Assembly (NCBI GenBank): GCA_963701855.1
Contig: CAVPBK010000006.1
Span: forward strand, 1,024,001 to 1,088,000
DNA: 64,000 bases
Source of the DNA: Nitrospirota bacterium
Lineage (GTDB): Bacteria; Nitrospirota; Nitrospiria; Nitrospirales; Nitrospiraceae
Direction of reading: 5' to 3'
Position numbers and translations under genes: made by a program
Notes under the pieces: generated by a model
The model's database searches: none
Told to the model about the DNA's origin: nothing
The model's input: only the letters and a program-made list of their open reading frames with translations
Shown: piece after piece, positions 53,370 through 62,875 of the stretch
How positions within the stretch are numbered: the first letter of the stretch is position 1
How the letters are laid out: the number at the start of each line of letters is the position of its first letter

Positions 53370-54601
53370 TTTGCCTGCTCCGGCTTCGCATCTGCCGGCT
53401 GGCCGGAAGCGGCCGGGTCGGATTGATTATAGGGAACGGTTTTCACCGGCGCGCCCGGCGCGATCATGTGGAATCCCGCGATGATCACCCGCTCTCCCTC
53501 GAGTAACCCGTCTTCGATGGACCACTGATTGCCGCGCCAGGACGTGGCCCGAACAGGGCGGATCTCCACCTTATTGTCTGGGCCGACGACAAAAACGATG
53601 GGGCCCTTGGGTCCCTGCTGGACGGCGCTCTGTGGGACCAGGATGACGCCGGTTCTCACGGCGCCCAAAATGCGGACTTTCACGAACTGTCCGGGGAACA
53701 GCACGTTCTCCGGATTAGGAAAGATCACGCGAAAGTCCCTGGTACCGGTAGCCGAGCGGACGCCGACTTCGAGCAAATCAAACTTGCCTTCATGTGCATA
53801 GGTGCTGCCGTCCGTAAAGGTGATGACACCACGCAGTTCATAAAGCGTCGCACCTTGGATCCGATGAGTCGCGCGGTCCCTGAATCGCTTGAGGACAAAC
53901 GTTTCCGGAGCGCTCGCATTCACGTACATGGGATCTAACTGGTGGATCGTGGTCAGCAGATCGGTCTGCGCGGAGATGAGGCGCCCTTCGTAGAGCCGAC
54001 TCCGCTCGATCCGACCGCTGATAGGCGCCGTGATGAGCGAGTTGTCGAGATCGAACTTGGCCTTCATCTGATCGCCCTTGGCTCCCTCCAGCGCCGCCTT
54101 GGCAGCCATTTCCTCCGCCACCGCATCGTCCACATCTTTTTGGCTGACGGCCTGTTCTGCCAGCAGCGGTTTCACGCGAGCAGAATTTTGCTTGGCTTGC
54201 ACCAGCCTGGCCTCTGCCTGCGCCACCCTGGCATTGGCGCTGCTCATGGCTGCTTTGAACGGAATCGGATCGATTTGATACAGCCGGTCGCCTCGCTTGA
54301 CGTCGCGCCCCTCAGTAAAAAACCGCTCTTTGAGGATACCCGTCACCTGGGAGCGGATTTCGACCGGTCGCGACGCTTCGGTCTGACCGATGAACTCCGG
54401 TTCATCCGGCATCGTGCCAGACGACACCGTAACCACCGGCACCTCCGGAACAGGACGAGCCGGCGTAGAGGCTGCCTCCTGCTTGCACCCAGGCAGTCCG
54501 AGGAGTCCGAGAATCAGCAGAACACCGAGCAGACTGAACATGAGTCTCTGTGCTCGATTCTGTGTCATCATGTTTGCCATTAATCGTTCTTCGGGAATCA
54601 T
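53366..54601 (-). CDS. RND periplasmic adaptor (AcrA-like lipoprotein)
   Basis: LPGC lipobox, VEIRSQVTGIL, ITAPISGRI, LFPGQFV; start uncertain (54571-54649). Confidence 0.9.
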   Translation of the reverse strand: MIPEERLMANMMTQNRAQRLMFSLLGVLLILGLLGLPGCKQEAASTPARPVPEVPVVTVSSGTMPDEPEFIGQTEASRPVEIRSQVTGILKERFFTEGRDVKRGDRLYQIDPIPFKAAMSSANARVAQAEARLVQAKQNSARVKPLLAEQAVSQKDVDDAVAEEMAAKAALEGAKGDQMKAKFDLDNSLITAPISGRIERSRLYEGRLISAQTDLLTTIHQLDPMYVNASAPETFVLKRFRDRATHRIQGATLYELRGVITFTDGSTYAHEGKFDLLEVGVRSATGTRDFRVIFPNPENVLFPGQFVKVRILGAVRTGVILVPQSAVQQGPKGPIVFVVGPDNKVEIRPVRATSWRGNQWSIEDGLLEGERVIIAGFHMIAPGAPVKTVPYNQSDPAASGQPADAKPEQAK

Positions 54602-54626
54602 CCTGTCACTTCGCACGTTCACCCCT

Positions 54627-54902
54627 TCAAGCATCTTGCACAATCTCATTCACGATACAACTTGTCAGACAGCCGGAAGCGATGAGCGTCGCCCCCTGTC
54701 GATGGATCTTCTTCAGCAGATCCTTCCCGTCTGAATCAACATAGGTCACGGCTGACAGGTCTACAGACAGAGGGTGGTGCGTCGGCATGCCGACGGTTGA
54801 GGCCCAACACCGTTCCAGCTCCTGTACCCAAGGTCCGGCCAAACGTCCCTCAAGCCTAAGAACAGTCGATTCTGCATTCATGAGTGTCGTAATTTTCAAC
54901 AT
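54627..54902 (-). CDS. Small STAS-domain protein
   Basis: GGGGAG SD; LRLEGRLAGPWVQEL..VDLSAVTYVDSDG. Confidence 0.8.
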   Translation of the reverse strand: MLKITTLMNAESTVLRLEGRLAGPWVQELERCWASTVGMPTHHPLSVDLSAVTYVDSDGKDLLKKIHRQGATLIASGCLTSCIVNEIVQDA

Positions 54903-54930
54903 AGATTCTCCCCCTCGCCTATATGGGATG

Positions 54931-54945
54931 GCAAGGAGCATTCCA
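54931..54945 (-). promoter_or_regulatory. sigma54 (-24/-12) promoter of the STAS-RND-ABC operon
   Basis: TGGAATGCTCCTTGC (GG-N10-GC) about 30 bp before ATG 54902. Confidence 0.7.
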
Positions 54946-55040
54946 GCAGTCGAGAGCGAGTTCACCTTCATAACACATTGTTGTTCAGCGAAATATATCG
55001 AGACCCGTATCGTAGCCACGTCTCACTGACGACGGTGGTC

Positions 55041-55074
55041 TGCCGATATCCCGGCACTCGCCGAACCATCGGCA
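55041..55074. promoter_or_regulatory. Tandem palindromic enhancer (UAS) pair
   Basis: TGCCGATATCCCGGCA and CGCCGAACCATCGGCA. Confidence 0.6.
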
Positions 55075-55225
55075 GGAGACGAAAGAACGGATCATCGAGT
55101 GGGTTTCCAAGACTACGTGCGACATACAAGCCGACGTTCGTAGATGCTCGGATAGCTAGCCGGCTGATACGGCATGAAGCGTCATTGCTCTATCGCTATG
55201 GGCGCAGGCCTTCTTCAGCAACCAT

Positions 55226-58200
55226 TCAACCAGCGGATGCTGTCTGCTCAAGCGACCGCCCGTTTCCATCTGTCAGCAGTTCGTTGCGCTCACGTTCCTC
55301 GTGCGACGGGCTCGGCTGGTGCTGTGCCGCAATCAGCGAATAGAAGACCGGCACGACGAAGAGAGTGAATACCGTGCCCACGGTCATGCCGGTGACCAAC
55401 ACCATGCCGATGCTGTTGCGGGCAGCCGCTCCCGGTCCCGAAGCCAGCACCAGAGGGAGATGCCCGAAAACGGTGGCCGCCGAGGTCATCAGCACCGGTC
55501 GCAGTCGCGTCAATGACGCCTCGCGCAACGCGGCGGCCTTCGAGAGACCGCGAGCCTGCAGCGTGTTGGCGAATTCCACGATGAGGATGCCGTTCTTCGC
55601 GATCAGTCCGACCAGCGTAATCAGCCCGACCTGGGAGTAGATGTTGATCGTGGTCAGGTCCAGGAAGGTAAAGATCAGCGCCCCGGAAATCGCGAGCGGT
55701 ACCGAGCCCGTAAGGACGATCAACGGATCGCGAAAGCTCTGGAACTGCGCCGCGAGCACCAGATAGATGAGTACGATCGCGAACCCGAGCGTGACAATGA
55801 GCGCAGACCCCTCGTGACGGATCTGCCGTGACTCGCCCGCGTAGTCGAGGGCGACGCCTGGTCCGCTCGCTGCAGCGGCTGCGGCTTCGAGGACGCGCAG
55901 CCCTTCTTCCTTGGTGACGCCCGGCTTGACGCCGCCGAAGATTCGTACTGCGTTGCGCTGCTGGAAGCGGTTCAGGGTGCGCGGCGCCGTGCTCGTTTCG
56001 ATGTGCGTGAATGTCGAAACCGGCACAAGCTGGCCGCCCGGGGTCTTGATCTTGAGATCGAGGAGCGGATCGACCGTCGCGCGGTCTTTGTCGCCGATCT
56101 GTGGGATGACCTTGTAGCTGCGGTCGAAATAGTTGAACCGGTTCACATACGCGCCACCGAGGAGTGTGCCGAGCTCGCGGCCGACCCCCGCCAGGTCGAG
56201 CCCTAAGTCGGCGAGACGCTCACGGTCAAGCACCACACGCGCCTCAGGGAGGTCGATCTTGAGATCGGTGTCCACATACAAGAACTTGCCGCTTTGCCAA
56301 CCGGCGCCGAGCACTGCGCCGACCGTTTCGAGCATCTGTTGGGCCGGCACGTCGTTCTGCAGCACAAGTTCGACGTCATACTGGCCGGGGGTGGGCAGCG
56401 GCGGATCCAAGCGCGGGAACACGCGCAGGCCCGGCACCTGCGATACCGCGCCGAACACCGCACCGTACATCTCCTCCGTCGATCGTGCCCGTCCGTGCCA
56501 GTCCTTCGCAACCAGGCCTCCAAATCCACCCCATGCCGTCGTCAACGACCACGTGAATTCCGTCTCGGGAAAGGACGTAATGGTCCTCACGATCTGCAGA
56601 TGCTCGCGGTTGGTGGCGGCCACGGTGGAGTCCGGCGACGCTTCAAAAAACAGGCTGATATGGCTCTGATCCTCCACGGGAGCGAGTTCTTGCCGCGAAA
56701 ACATGTACAACGGCCACACCGAAATCATGATGAGCAGTGACGCCACCACGATCGCCCAGCGCATCTCCAGCGCACGGTCGAGCAGCCAGGCGTAGACACG
56801 GCGCACTTCTTCGAACCTTCTGTTGACGAAGGCGGTCAGCCGGCCTTCCTCGCCCTGAGGATGCACAAATCGAGAACTCATGACCGGCGACAGCGTCACC
56901 GCCACGATCCCCGATAAGACCACCGCCACGGCAAGCGTAATCGCGAACTCCAGGAACAGCGAGCCGGTCAAGCCGCCCTGGAAGCCGATCGGCGCGTAGA
57001 CCGCGGCCAACGTGATCGTCATAGCGATGATCGGACCAATCAGCTCGCGCGCACCGGCCAGCGCCGCCTCGATCCGAGACTTGCCCAGGCGCACGTGCCG
57101 CTCGACGTTCTCCACGACAACGATCGCATCGTCCACGACCAGCCCAACCGACAAGACGATCGCGAGCAGCGTCAAGAGATTGAGGCTGAAGCCGAACGCA
57201 AACATGAACGTCGCCGCTCCGATCAACGAGACCGGCATGGCCACGAGTGGCACGAGCGCCGTGCGTATCGAGCCCATGAAGAGAAACACGACCAACGCCA
57301 CGATCAGGATCGTTTCCGACAACGTCTTGCTGATCTCTGTCAGCGCGTTCCGCATGAACATCGTGCCGTCCCAGACGAGCTGCATATCGATGTCCTTCGG
57401 CAGGGTCGGCCTGATACGTTCCATTTCATCGCGCAGCCGGTGCGCGACCTCGATCTCGTTCGAACCGATCAGCGCCCAGATCCCAAGGTAGACACCCTCT
57501 TTCTCGTTGTACTTCGCGACCATGTCGGCCTCTTCGGCCCCATGCTCCACCTGGGCCACGTCTCTCAGCCGCACGATCGCGCCGCCCCGGTCGGCGACGA
57601 TCAGGTTTTCGAACTCCACGGCAGAGCGCAGGTCGGTATTCGCGAGCAGGTTGATCTGCACCAGGTTGCCTTTTGTTCGACCGACGGCCGCCAGGAAATT
57701 GTTGCGCTTGAGGGCCGCCTGTACGTCGCCGGGGGAAAGGTTCAGCGCGGCAAGGCGATCGGGGTCGATCCAAATCCGCATGGCGATCTGGCGGCCGCCT
57801 TCGAAGGTGACCCGCTGGACACCGGGCAACGTCGAGAGTTGGGGCTGCAGCGTGCGCAACAGCCAATCCGTGACGGCCGGCACACTGCGCTCCGTGGAGG
57901 TGAAGCTGAGATAGAATGACGCGTAGGGGCGATCGGCGCGTTGCATTTCGATCGCAGGCGGCTCGGCTTCCGCCGGCAGCTCGGATCGTACCTGTTGGAG
58001 CCGCGCGGTGACCTCAGCCAGGGCCGCCGTGCTGCTGTGGTTCAGCTTCAAGTGCACCGTAACGGTGCTGACACCAGCTCGGCTGGTTGACTCCACATAG
58101 TCGACACCGCCGATCGCGGAGACGACCCGCTCGATCGGCGTACTGAGAAAGCCGCGGACGGTTTCGGCGCTGGCGCCGTAGTAGACCGTCGTGATGATCA

Positions 58201-58336
58201 CGGATGAACTCTCGATCTTCGGGTATTGCTGCAACGGCAGGGTCGTCAGCGCCCGCCACCCCGCGAGCAGGATCACGAGATTCACAACGACCGCCAGCAC
58301 CGGGTGCTTGATGAAGATGTCGGTGAACGAGCGCAT
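55226..58336 (-). CDS. RND efflux permease (MexW/MexI-like)
   Basis: [52 protein letters not shown]. Confidence 0.9.
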   Translation of the reverse strand: MRSFTDIFIKHPVLAVVVNLVILLAGWRALTTLPLQQYPKIESSSVIITTVYYGASAETVRGFLSTPIERVVSAIGGVDYVESTSRAGVSTVTVHLKLNHSSTAALAEVTARLQQVRSELPAEAEPPAIEMQRADRPYASFYLSFTSTERSVPAVTDWLLRTLQPQLSTLPGVQRVTFEGGRQIAMRIWIDPDRLAALNLSPGDVQAALKRNNFLAAVGRTKGNLVQINLLANTDLRSAVEFENLIVADRGGAIVRLRDVAQVEHGAEEADMVAKYNEKEGVYLGIWALIGSNEIEVAHRLRDEMERIRPTLPKDIDMQLVWDGTMFMRNALTEISKTLSETILIVALVVFLFMGSIRTALVPLVAMPVSLIGAATFMFAFGFSLNLLTLLAIVLSVGLVVDDAIVVVENVERHVRLGKSRIEAALAGARELIGPIIAMTITLAAVYAPIGFQGGLTGSLFLEFAITLAVAVVLSGIVAVTLSPVMSSRFVHPQGEEGRLTAFVNRRFEEVRRVYAWLLDRALEMRWAIVVASLLIMISVWPLYMFSRQELAPVEDQSHISLFFEASPDSTVAATNREHLQIVRTITSFPETEFTWSLTTAWGGFGGLVAKDWHGRARSTEEMYGAVFGAVSQVPGLRVFPRLDPPLPTPGQYDVELVLQNDVPAQQMLETVGAVLGAGWQSGKFLYVDTDLKIDLPEARVVLDRERLADLGLDLAGVGRELGTLLGGAYVNRFNYFDRSYKVIPQIGDKDRATVDPLLDLKIKTPGGQLVPVSTFTHIETSTAPRTLNRFQQRNAVRIFGGVKPGVTKEEGLRVLEAAAAAASGPGVALDYAGESRQIRHEGSALIVTLGFAIVLIYLVLAAQFQSFRDPLIVLTGSVPLAISGALIFTFLDLTTINIYSQVGLITLVGLIAKNGILIVEFANTLQARGLSKAAALREASLTRLRPVLMTSAATVFGHLPLVLASGPGAAARNSIGMVLVTGMTVGTVFTLFVVPVFYSLIAAQHQPSPSHEERERNELLTDGNGRSLEQTASAG

Positions 58337-58368
58337 GCAGATGTCCTTCCCCTGTCGTTCCGGCTCGC

Positions 58369-59499
58369 TCAGCGCTCGCCGACGATCACCTGACCTGACC
58401 TGCCCCCATCCTCGGGGCTGCCGGCGATCGCGACGAGCGCGGCTTCTCGCAGTTTGAAGGACCCCGAGACAGCCACTCGTTCGCCGGCAGACAGGCCGGT
58501 TTCAATCATGACCTCGTCGCCGAGCATCGCGCCACTCTCGACCTGCCGCACGTGCGCACGGCTTTTACCGTTCTTGTCCGGCTCAATCACGAATACCTGA
58601 TCGCCGCCCGGACCCTTGCGCATGGCGCTCACGGGGATGGCGACAGCCTTGCGTGGCAGGCCGACCGGAACCCGGACACGCACCGAAGAGCCGGGCGACG
58701 GCGCGTTGGCCGCGCCCTCTATTCTCGCGCGCACCATGGCGTTGCGTGTCGTCGGATCGATACGCGCATCCACCGCGACGATTTTGGCTGTAATCGGGGA
58801 AGATTGGCCTGCGACGGATATGTCGACGCTGTCGCCTTCCCGCAGGCCGGCGGCGACCTGCTGCGCGACCGTGAAGTCCACATGTGCTGCATCGTCGATA
58901 CCCTGCAGCGTCGTGAGTTCGGTGCCCTCGTTCAGATACTGGCCAGGATGCAAATCCGCCATACCGACTCGCGCGTGGAACGGCGCCCGAATGGTCTTGC
59001 GGGCTATGATCGCCTTGGTGCGCGCGATCTGAGCCAACGCGACATCGAGGTCTGCGCGCGCACGATCCACCTCCTCCTGGGTCGTGGCACGGTCATGAGT
59101 CAAGTTGTTCCTGCGGTGGAGCACCGTCCGCGCGAGAGTAGACTGCGCTTCCTGCGCTTTCAGCTCAGCTTCTTCGACGGACACGTCGAGGGCCACGAGC
59201 ACCATGCCCGCTTCGACGATTTGCCCTGGCGTGAGGCTCACATAACGGACAGTGCCTGGGAGCTCGTTGCGCAACGTGATCGACCGTAGCGCCAAAACCG
59301 TCCCGATGGACGTGGCGGTGTGGCGGTGCTCAACCTCTTTTGCGAGGGCCACCGTCACCGATTCCATCGGCTCCGGCTGGTTCGCGGAAGCCGCTGCGGT
59401 TTCCTGTATGGACGTATATTTCCACGCTGCCAGGCCAACACCGACCGACACAACCGTGACGAGCAGCAAAAAAGATCCGATCCAACTCCGATGATTCAT
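58369..59499 (-). CDS. RND periplasmic adaptor (MexV/MexH-like)
   Basis: N-terminal TM, KTIRAPF, RIDPTTRN, GSFKLR. Confidence 0.88.
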   Translation of the reverse strand: MNHRSWIGSFLLLVTVVSVGVGLAAWKYTSIQETAAASANQPEPMESVTVALAKEVEHRHTATSIGTVLALRSITLRNELPGTVRYVSLTPGQIVEAGMVLVALDVSVEEAELKAQEAQSTLARTVLHRRNNLTHDRATTQEEVDRARADLDVALAQIARTKAIIARKTIRAPFHARVGMADLHPGQYLNEGTELTTLQGIDDAAHVDFTVAQQVAAGLREGDSVDISVAGQSSPITAKIVAVDARIDPTTRNAMVRARIEGAANAPSPGSSVRVRVPVGLPRKAVAIPVSAMRKGPGGDQVFVIEPDKNGKSRAHVRQVESGAMLGDEVMIETGLSAGERVAVSGSFKLREAALVAIAGSPEDGGRSGQVIVGER

Positions 59500-60119
59500 A
59501 CGCGACGCCCTCCCGAACGTTTCCTTGATGAACCCTTGACCTTGGGTGAGCGGCGAGCCGGAGCCGCGCGGGCGAGCATATCCTCGAGCGCGCGGCGCAC
59601 CCGAACGACGCGGACTTGTTCGAGTGGAACGATTCCCAGTACCCAGTCGAGCCAGAGTCCATCGATCGCGGCGGCAACCGCTTCACCAACGCCCGGCGGC
59701 AGGCCGTCCTGTGCGATGCGCCGGTGGAGGTCGGCGTAGACCGCGCGCATGGGCTGGATCAATGCGGGGTTCTGAGCGAGCGCCGCGAATACGGCGGAGG
59801 AACTGCGCCGCAGTTCCTCCGTCCAGCACTTGGCGTCCGAAAGGCAGTGATCCAAGAGCGCGCGCGCCATGCGCCCGGGTCCTTCCGGTGTGCGCTCGTA
59901 CGCTTCGGTGTAGCAGGATCGCCAACCTTCTGCGGTACGGATGACCAATGCTTCGACGAGCCGGTCCTTCGATGGGAAGTAATGCAGCAGGCCGCCTTTG
60001 CTCATGCGCGCCTCAGCGGCGACGGCATCGAGCGTCAGGTTCGCGATTCCCTGGCGGGCGACTACGGCTTCGGTGGCATCGAGGAGCATATCTTGTAGCT
60101 TCGAGGTTGTCTGTTTCAT
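59496..60119 (-). CDS. TetR/AcrR-family transcriptional regulator
   Basis: LTLDAVAAEARMSKGGLLHYFPSKDRL HTH; AIDGLW in the C-domain. Confidence 0.92.
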   Translation of the reverse strand: MKQTTSKLQDMLLDATEAVVARQGIANLTLDAVAAEARMSKGGLLHYFPSKDRLVEALVIRTAEGWRSCYTEAYERTPEGPGRMARALLDHCLSDAKCWTEELRRSSSAVFAALAQNPALIQPMRAVYADLHRRIAQDGLPPGVGEAVAAAIDGLWLDWVLGIVPLEQVRVVRVRRALEDMLARAAPARRSPKVKGSSRKRSGGRRV

Positions 60120-60125
60120 GGGAGA

Positions 60126-60169
60126 AGAATACCGTCCGGTTGGTCGAGTGTCAACCGTCCGGTCGGTCG
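60126..60169 (-). promoter_or_regulatory. sigma70 promoter with two TetR-type operators
   Basis: TTGACA (60154-60149)-N17-TATTCT (60131-60126); repeats ACCGTCCGGTTGGTCG and ACCGTCCGGTCGGTCG. Confidence 0.75.
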
Positions 60170-60482
60170 GTTCATGTTCTCCCACACGTGCAGTCGATTT
60201 ATCCGATAGACCGAGCGCCATTTTCACACCCCATGTGTGAGAATTTTCTGTGATCGCTCCATGCCCCACTCCAAAATTTCCCGCTAGGAGTTGCTACATC
60301 GCGCAAGGTCTGCTTGCCGCCTCCTGCGTATATTGAGCCATGCTTGAGAGCCAACCGTAGAACTGATCTTGAGCGATTCACATAGTTTGCTTGCTGCTGT
60401 CACGTTGTCCTCCTGTGCCGGAACAATCAACACCACACCTTTGCCTGAACTCACATCGATTCCCAATAAGCCGTGACTACAC

Positions 60483-61205
60483 TTAGCGTTGCAGCCGCCG
60501 AAGCACGGCATAGAAGGCCGGCACCTTCACCACTTCACCCGTCGGGAGAGTATGCACGGTCTGTATATGATTCTTGCCGGTGCGAAAAAGCGTAAATCGA
60601 TCCGGCGGAAACAGCCTCTCTAAGTCATTTTCGTTCACCATGCCAGGCGTAATCTGATGCTGAAATACCCGCGCAAGGCCAGGGGGTGATCCATACTGTG
60701 TAATCAGCTGGGCAAAGAAGGGCTCAGCCGCTGACGACAGCTCGATAAGATACAGAGTCCCTTTTGTCCCAAGCAGCTGCTCGATACTCTCGATCGCCGT
60801 CGCGTGATCTGCCGGCGACAGTTGATGCAACACCGCCCGCATGTAGAGATTGGCATCACCAATTTCCTCGTGCAGGGCTTGGGCATCCTCAGGACACAGT
60901 ACATCAAGAACACGGTACGAGATGTTGGGAGCCGCATGTTTCGTTCGGGCAATATCTACTGCGGCCGGAGAAATTTCAGTGCCCATCACCTTTGCAAAAT
61001 GATCCGCAAGAAAGCGCGTTTGCGTTCCGTTGCCACACCCGAGATCAATTAACGGAAGCTTCGGGTCGACGAAACCTTGAAAGAGCGCCAAATCTTGTTG
61101 GGCTGCATGAGCGGGATCGGCATCCCAAAATATTTCACCGGGCGCACCTGTCGAAGTGCTCCAAAAGCTTTCCCAGGATGTCGCATAACGATTTGCTGAT
61201 GCCAT
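60483..61205 (-). CDS. Class I SAM-dependent methyltransferase
   Basis: WESFW N-terminus, IDLGCGNG, GDANLYMRAVLHQ; AAGGA SD before ATG 61205. Confidence 0.85.
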   Translation of the reverse strand: MASANRYATSWESFWSTSTGAPGEIFWDADPAHAAQQDLALFQGFVDPKLPLIDLGCGNGTQTRFLADHFAKVMGTEISPAAVDIARTKHAAPNISYRVLDVLCPEDAQALHEEIGDANLYMRAVLHQLSPADHATAIESIEQLLGTKGTLYLIELSSAAEPFFAQLITQYGSPPGLARVFQHQITPGMVNENDLERLFPPDRFTLFRTGKNHIQTVHTLPTGEVVKVPAFYAVLRRLQR

Positions 61206-61303
61206 GGTTTTGTCCTTTGCTAGTTCTATCGATATCAGAAGGACGCACCTGCGCCTTCTCTCATTTGTAAACCATCTGATCGCGGGCTGGAACGCCCGAC
61301 CTC

Positions 61304-61891
61304 CTAGGAACGGAAGGCGGCCCACCAATTTCGCAGCCACGTCGAGCGAAGCAGCTTGTATCCGAGCCAGGCCGCGAGCAGCACGCCGAGCAGTGGTATT
61401 GCCACGGTGCGCATTAGCTTCTGATAGTCGGTCATCTGTACACGCAAGAGATACTGCGGGCGTCGCATCAGATTCTGTTTTTCCGTCGCAATGGTGACCG
61501 TATATAGGCCTTCATCCAACTTGACTTCGCTCCTGAGCACGCCGTCCGGGTGGGTGCTCGGACGAATTTCTGCCACAATCTGATCGTCTGTCGCAGCGCT
61601 CCCGCTCCCCCTCACGACCCTCATGCCGACCAGCTCATTGCGCAACGCTGGGTCCACAAGGTCCACGACCAGGAAGGTATCGCCTTCCTGGGGAATGTCC
61701 GTACAGTATTGATCTTTTAACTGGTATTGCGGCTGATAGGCGTTGAAATGGACGACCCGCTCACCGACCTGCCGCAAGCACGGGTCATCTTCTCCGCTCA
61801 CGCCTCCATGCGCTACGGCTACGTCGGGGTGGTGCAGTGCGGCAACAAGAAGAAACACCGTTGAACATACCCCTGTCACGTGTTTCAGCAT
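61304..61891 (-). CDS. AmoD/PmoD(AmoE)-like membrane-anchored periplasmic protein
   Basis: AGGAGG SD; signal peptide, then HGGVSGEDDPC..VHFNAYQP..YCTDIP..GDTFLVVDLVD..LR; C-terminal TM. Confidence 0.72.
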   Translation of the reverse strand: MLKHVTGVCSTVFLLVAALHHPDVAVAHGGVSGEDDPCLRQVGERVVHFNAYQPQYQLKDQYCTDIPQEGDTFLVVDLVDPALRNELVGMRVVRGSGSAATDDQIVAEIRPSTHPDGVLRSEVKLDEGLYTVTIATEKQNLMRRPQYLLRVQMTDYQKLMRTVAIPLLGVLLAAWLGYKLLRSTWLRNWWAAFRS

Positions 61892-62055
61892 GGCTAAACC
61901 CTCCTGTTTGGGATCTTGCGATGAGCTGCTGTTTGCTCAGCCCACGATGACGGTGCCCCGTGCGGCTTCGCGATCCCAATGCGTCGTGTATGGCATATCA
62001 TCCGTCTGTGGCCTCCGCCGCCCCCCTCTTCGGCCTATTCCCTTCGACGATCCAG

Positions 62056-62193
62056 TCAGCGCCGTGTCCGCAAGCGGGATAATGGGAAGCCCTGGGCGAC
62101 GCGCACACGCGCCTTCACCGTTTTCCATGGCGTGGTACGTAAGCCCCAACAGAGCGCTCCTATTGCCAGTGCCACCGCGATCATCCGGTCCAT
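62056..62193 (-). CDS. Putative 45-aa small membrane protein
   Basis: GAGGAGG SD; MDRMIAVALAIGALCWGLRTTPWKTVKARVRVAQGFPLSRLRTRR. Confidence 0.45.
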   Translation of the reverse strand: MDRMIAVALAIGALCWGLRTTPWKTVKARVRVAQGFPLSRLRTRR

Positions 62194-62301
62194 GTTGCCC
62201 TCCTCGTCACCACTGACAATCTCAATTTATTCTTGTCACCCGTCTCTGTGGCTCACCGAGCAGACAGGCCCTTCCAGGGTGTGGAGAAGGGCCTGTCTGC
62301 C

Positions 62302-62583
62302 TCAGCGGGAGACGCTGCGAGAATTGGCAGCGTCCACCTCGACGGGGAGAAGAAACCGGTCTCCGTTTCTTTGCTGTACTCCTCGATTGCGCAGAATCAC
62401 CGGATCGACAATCTCGCCACATTGCACGCAGCGCTGAGCGCGGTAGTCCGACAGATCCTCGCACCACTCGGCGACCATGAGTCCGTTGCAGCGCGGACAA
62501 CGATCCGTGCTATGGATTCTTGCTCGGCTTCGAGTCGCAGCCTCAATCGATTGCTGTTGTGTCACCGCCAGCGCCGTACCCAT
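62302..62583 (-). CDS. Small Zn-ribbon protein
   Basis: GGGAGG SD; CPRCNGLM...RCVQCGEIVDPVILRNR (two CxxC). Confidence 0.75.
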   Translation of the reverse strand: MGTALAVTQQQSIEAATRSRARIHSTDRCPRCNGLMVAEWCEDLSDYRAQRCVQCGEIVDPVILRNRGVQQRNGDRFLLPVEVDAANSRSVSR

Positions 62584-62641
62584 CGATGCCTCCCACAACA
62601 TCCAAAGGTTTACCTCACGCCATTCATAGCGAGATTGAATG

Positions 62642-62656
62642 GCAACTCGTGTTCCA
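62642..62656 (-). promoter_or_regulatory. sigma54 (-24/-12) promoter
   Basis: TGGAACACGAGTTGC (GG-N10-GC) about 60 bp before ATG 62583. Confidence 0.7.
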
Positions 62657-62764
62657 GAAGGCTCCTGCCTAACCTGAATCATCGATGTCGTTGAAACTAG
62701 ATGAGATTGGGGCGATCCCCTTCGGGAATGTCTCTCGCGAAAAAAAGAAGTGCCGAGGATAATC

Positions 62765-62799
62765 TGCCGACTCGACGGCACGGTGCCGAAATGTCGGCG
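62765..62799. promoter_or_regulatory. Tandem palindromic enhancer (UAS) pair
   Basis: TGCCGACTCGACGGCA and TGCCGAAATGTCGGCG; an extra TGCCGA half-site at 62751. Confidence 0.6.
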
Positions 62800-62875
62800 C
62801 GAGCAAAAACTCCTGGTGGTGATTCGTGAAGCGTCTGTGAAATGCGAGCGATGAAAGGGTGAGTAGACGAAGTGG

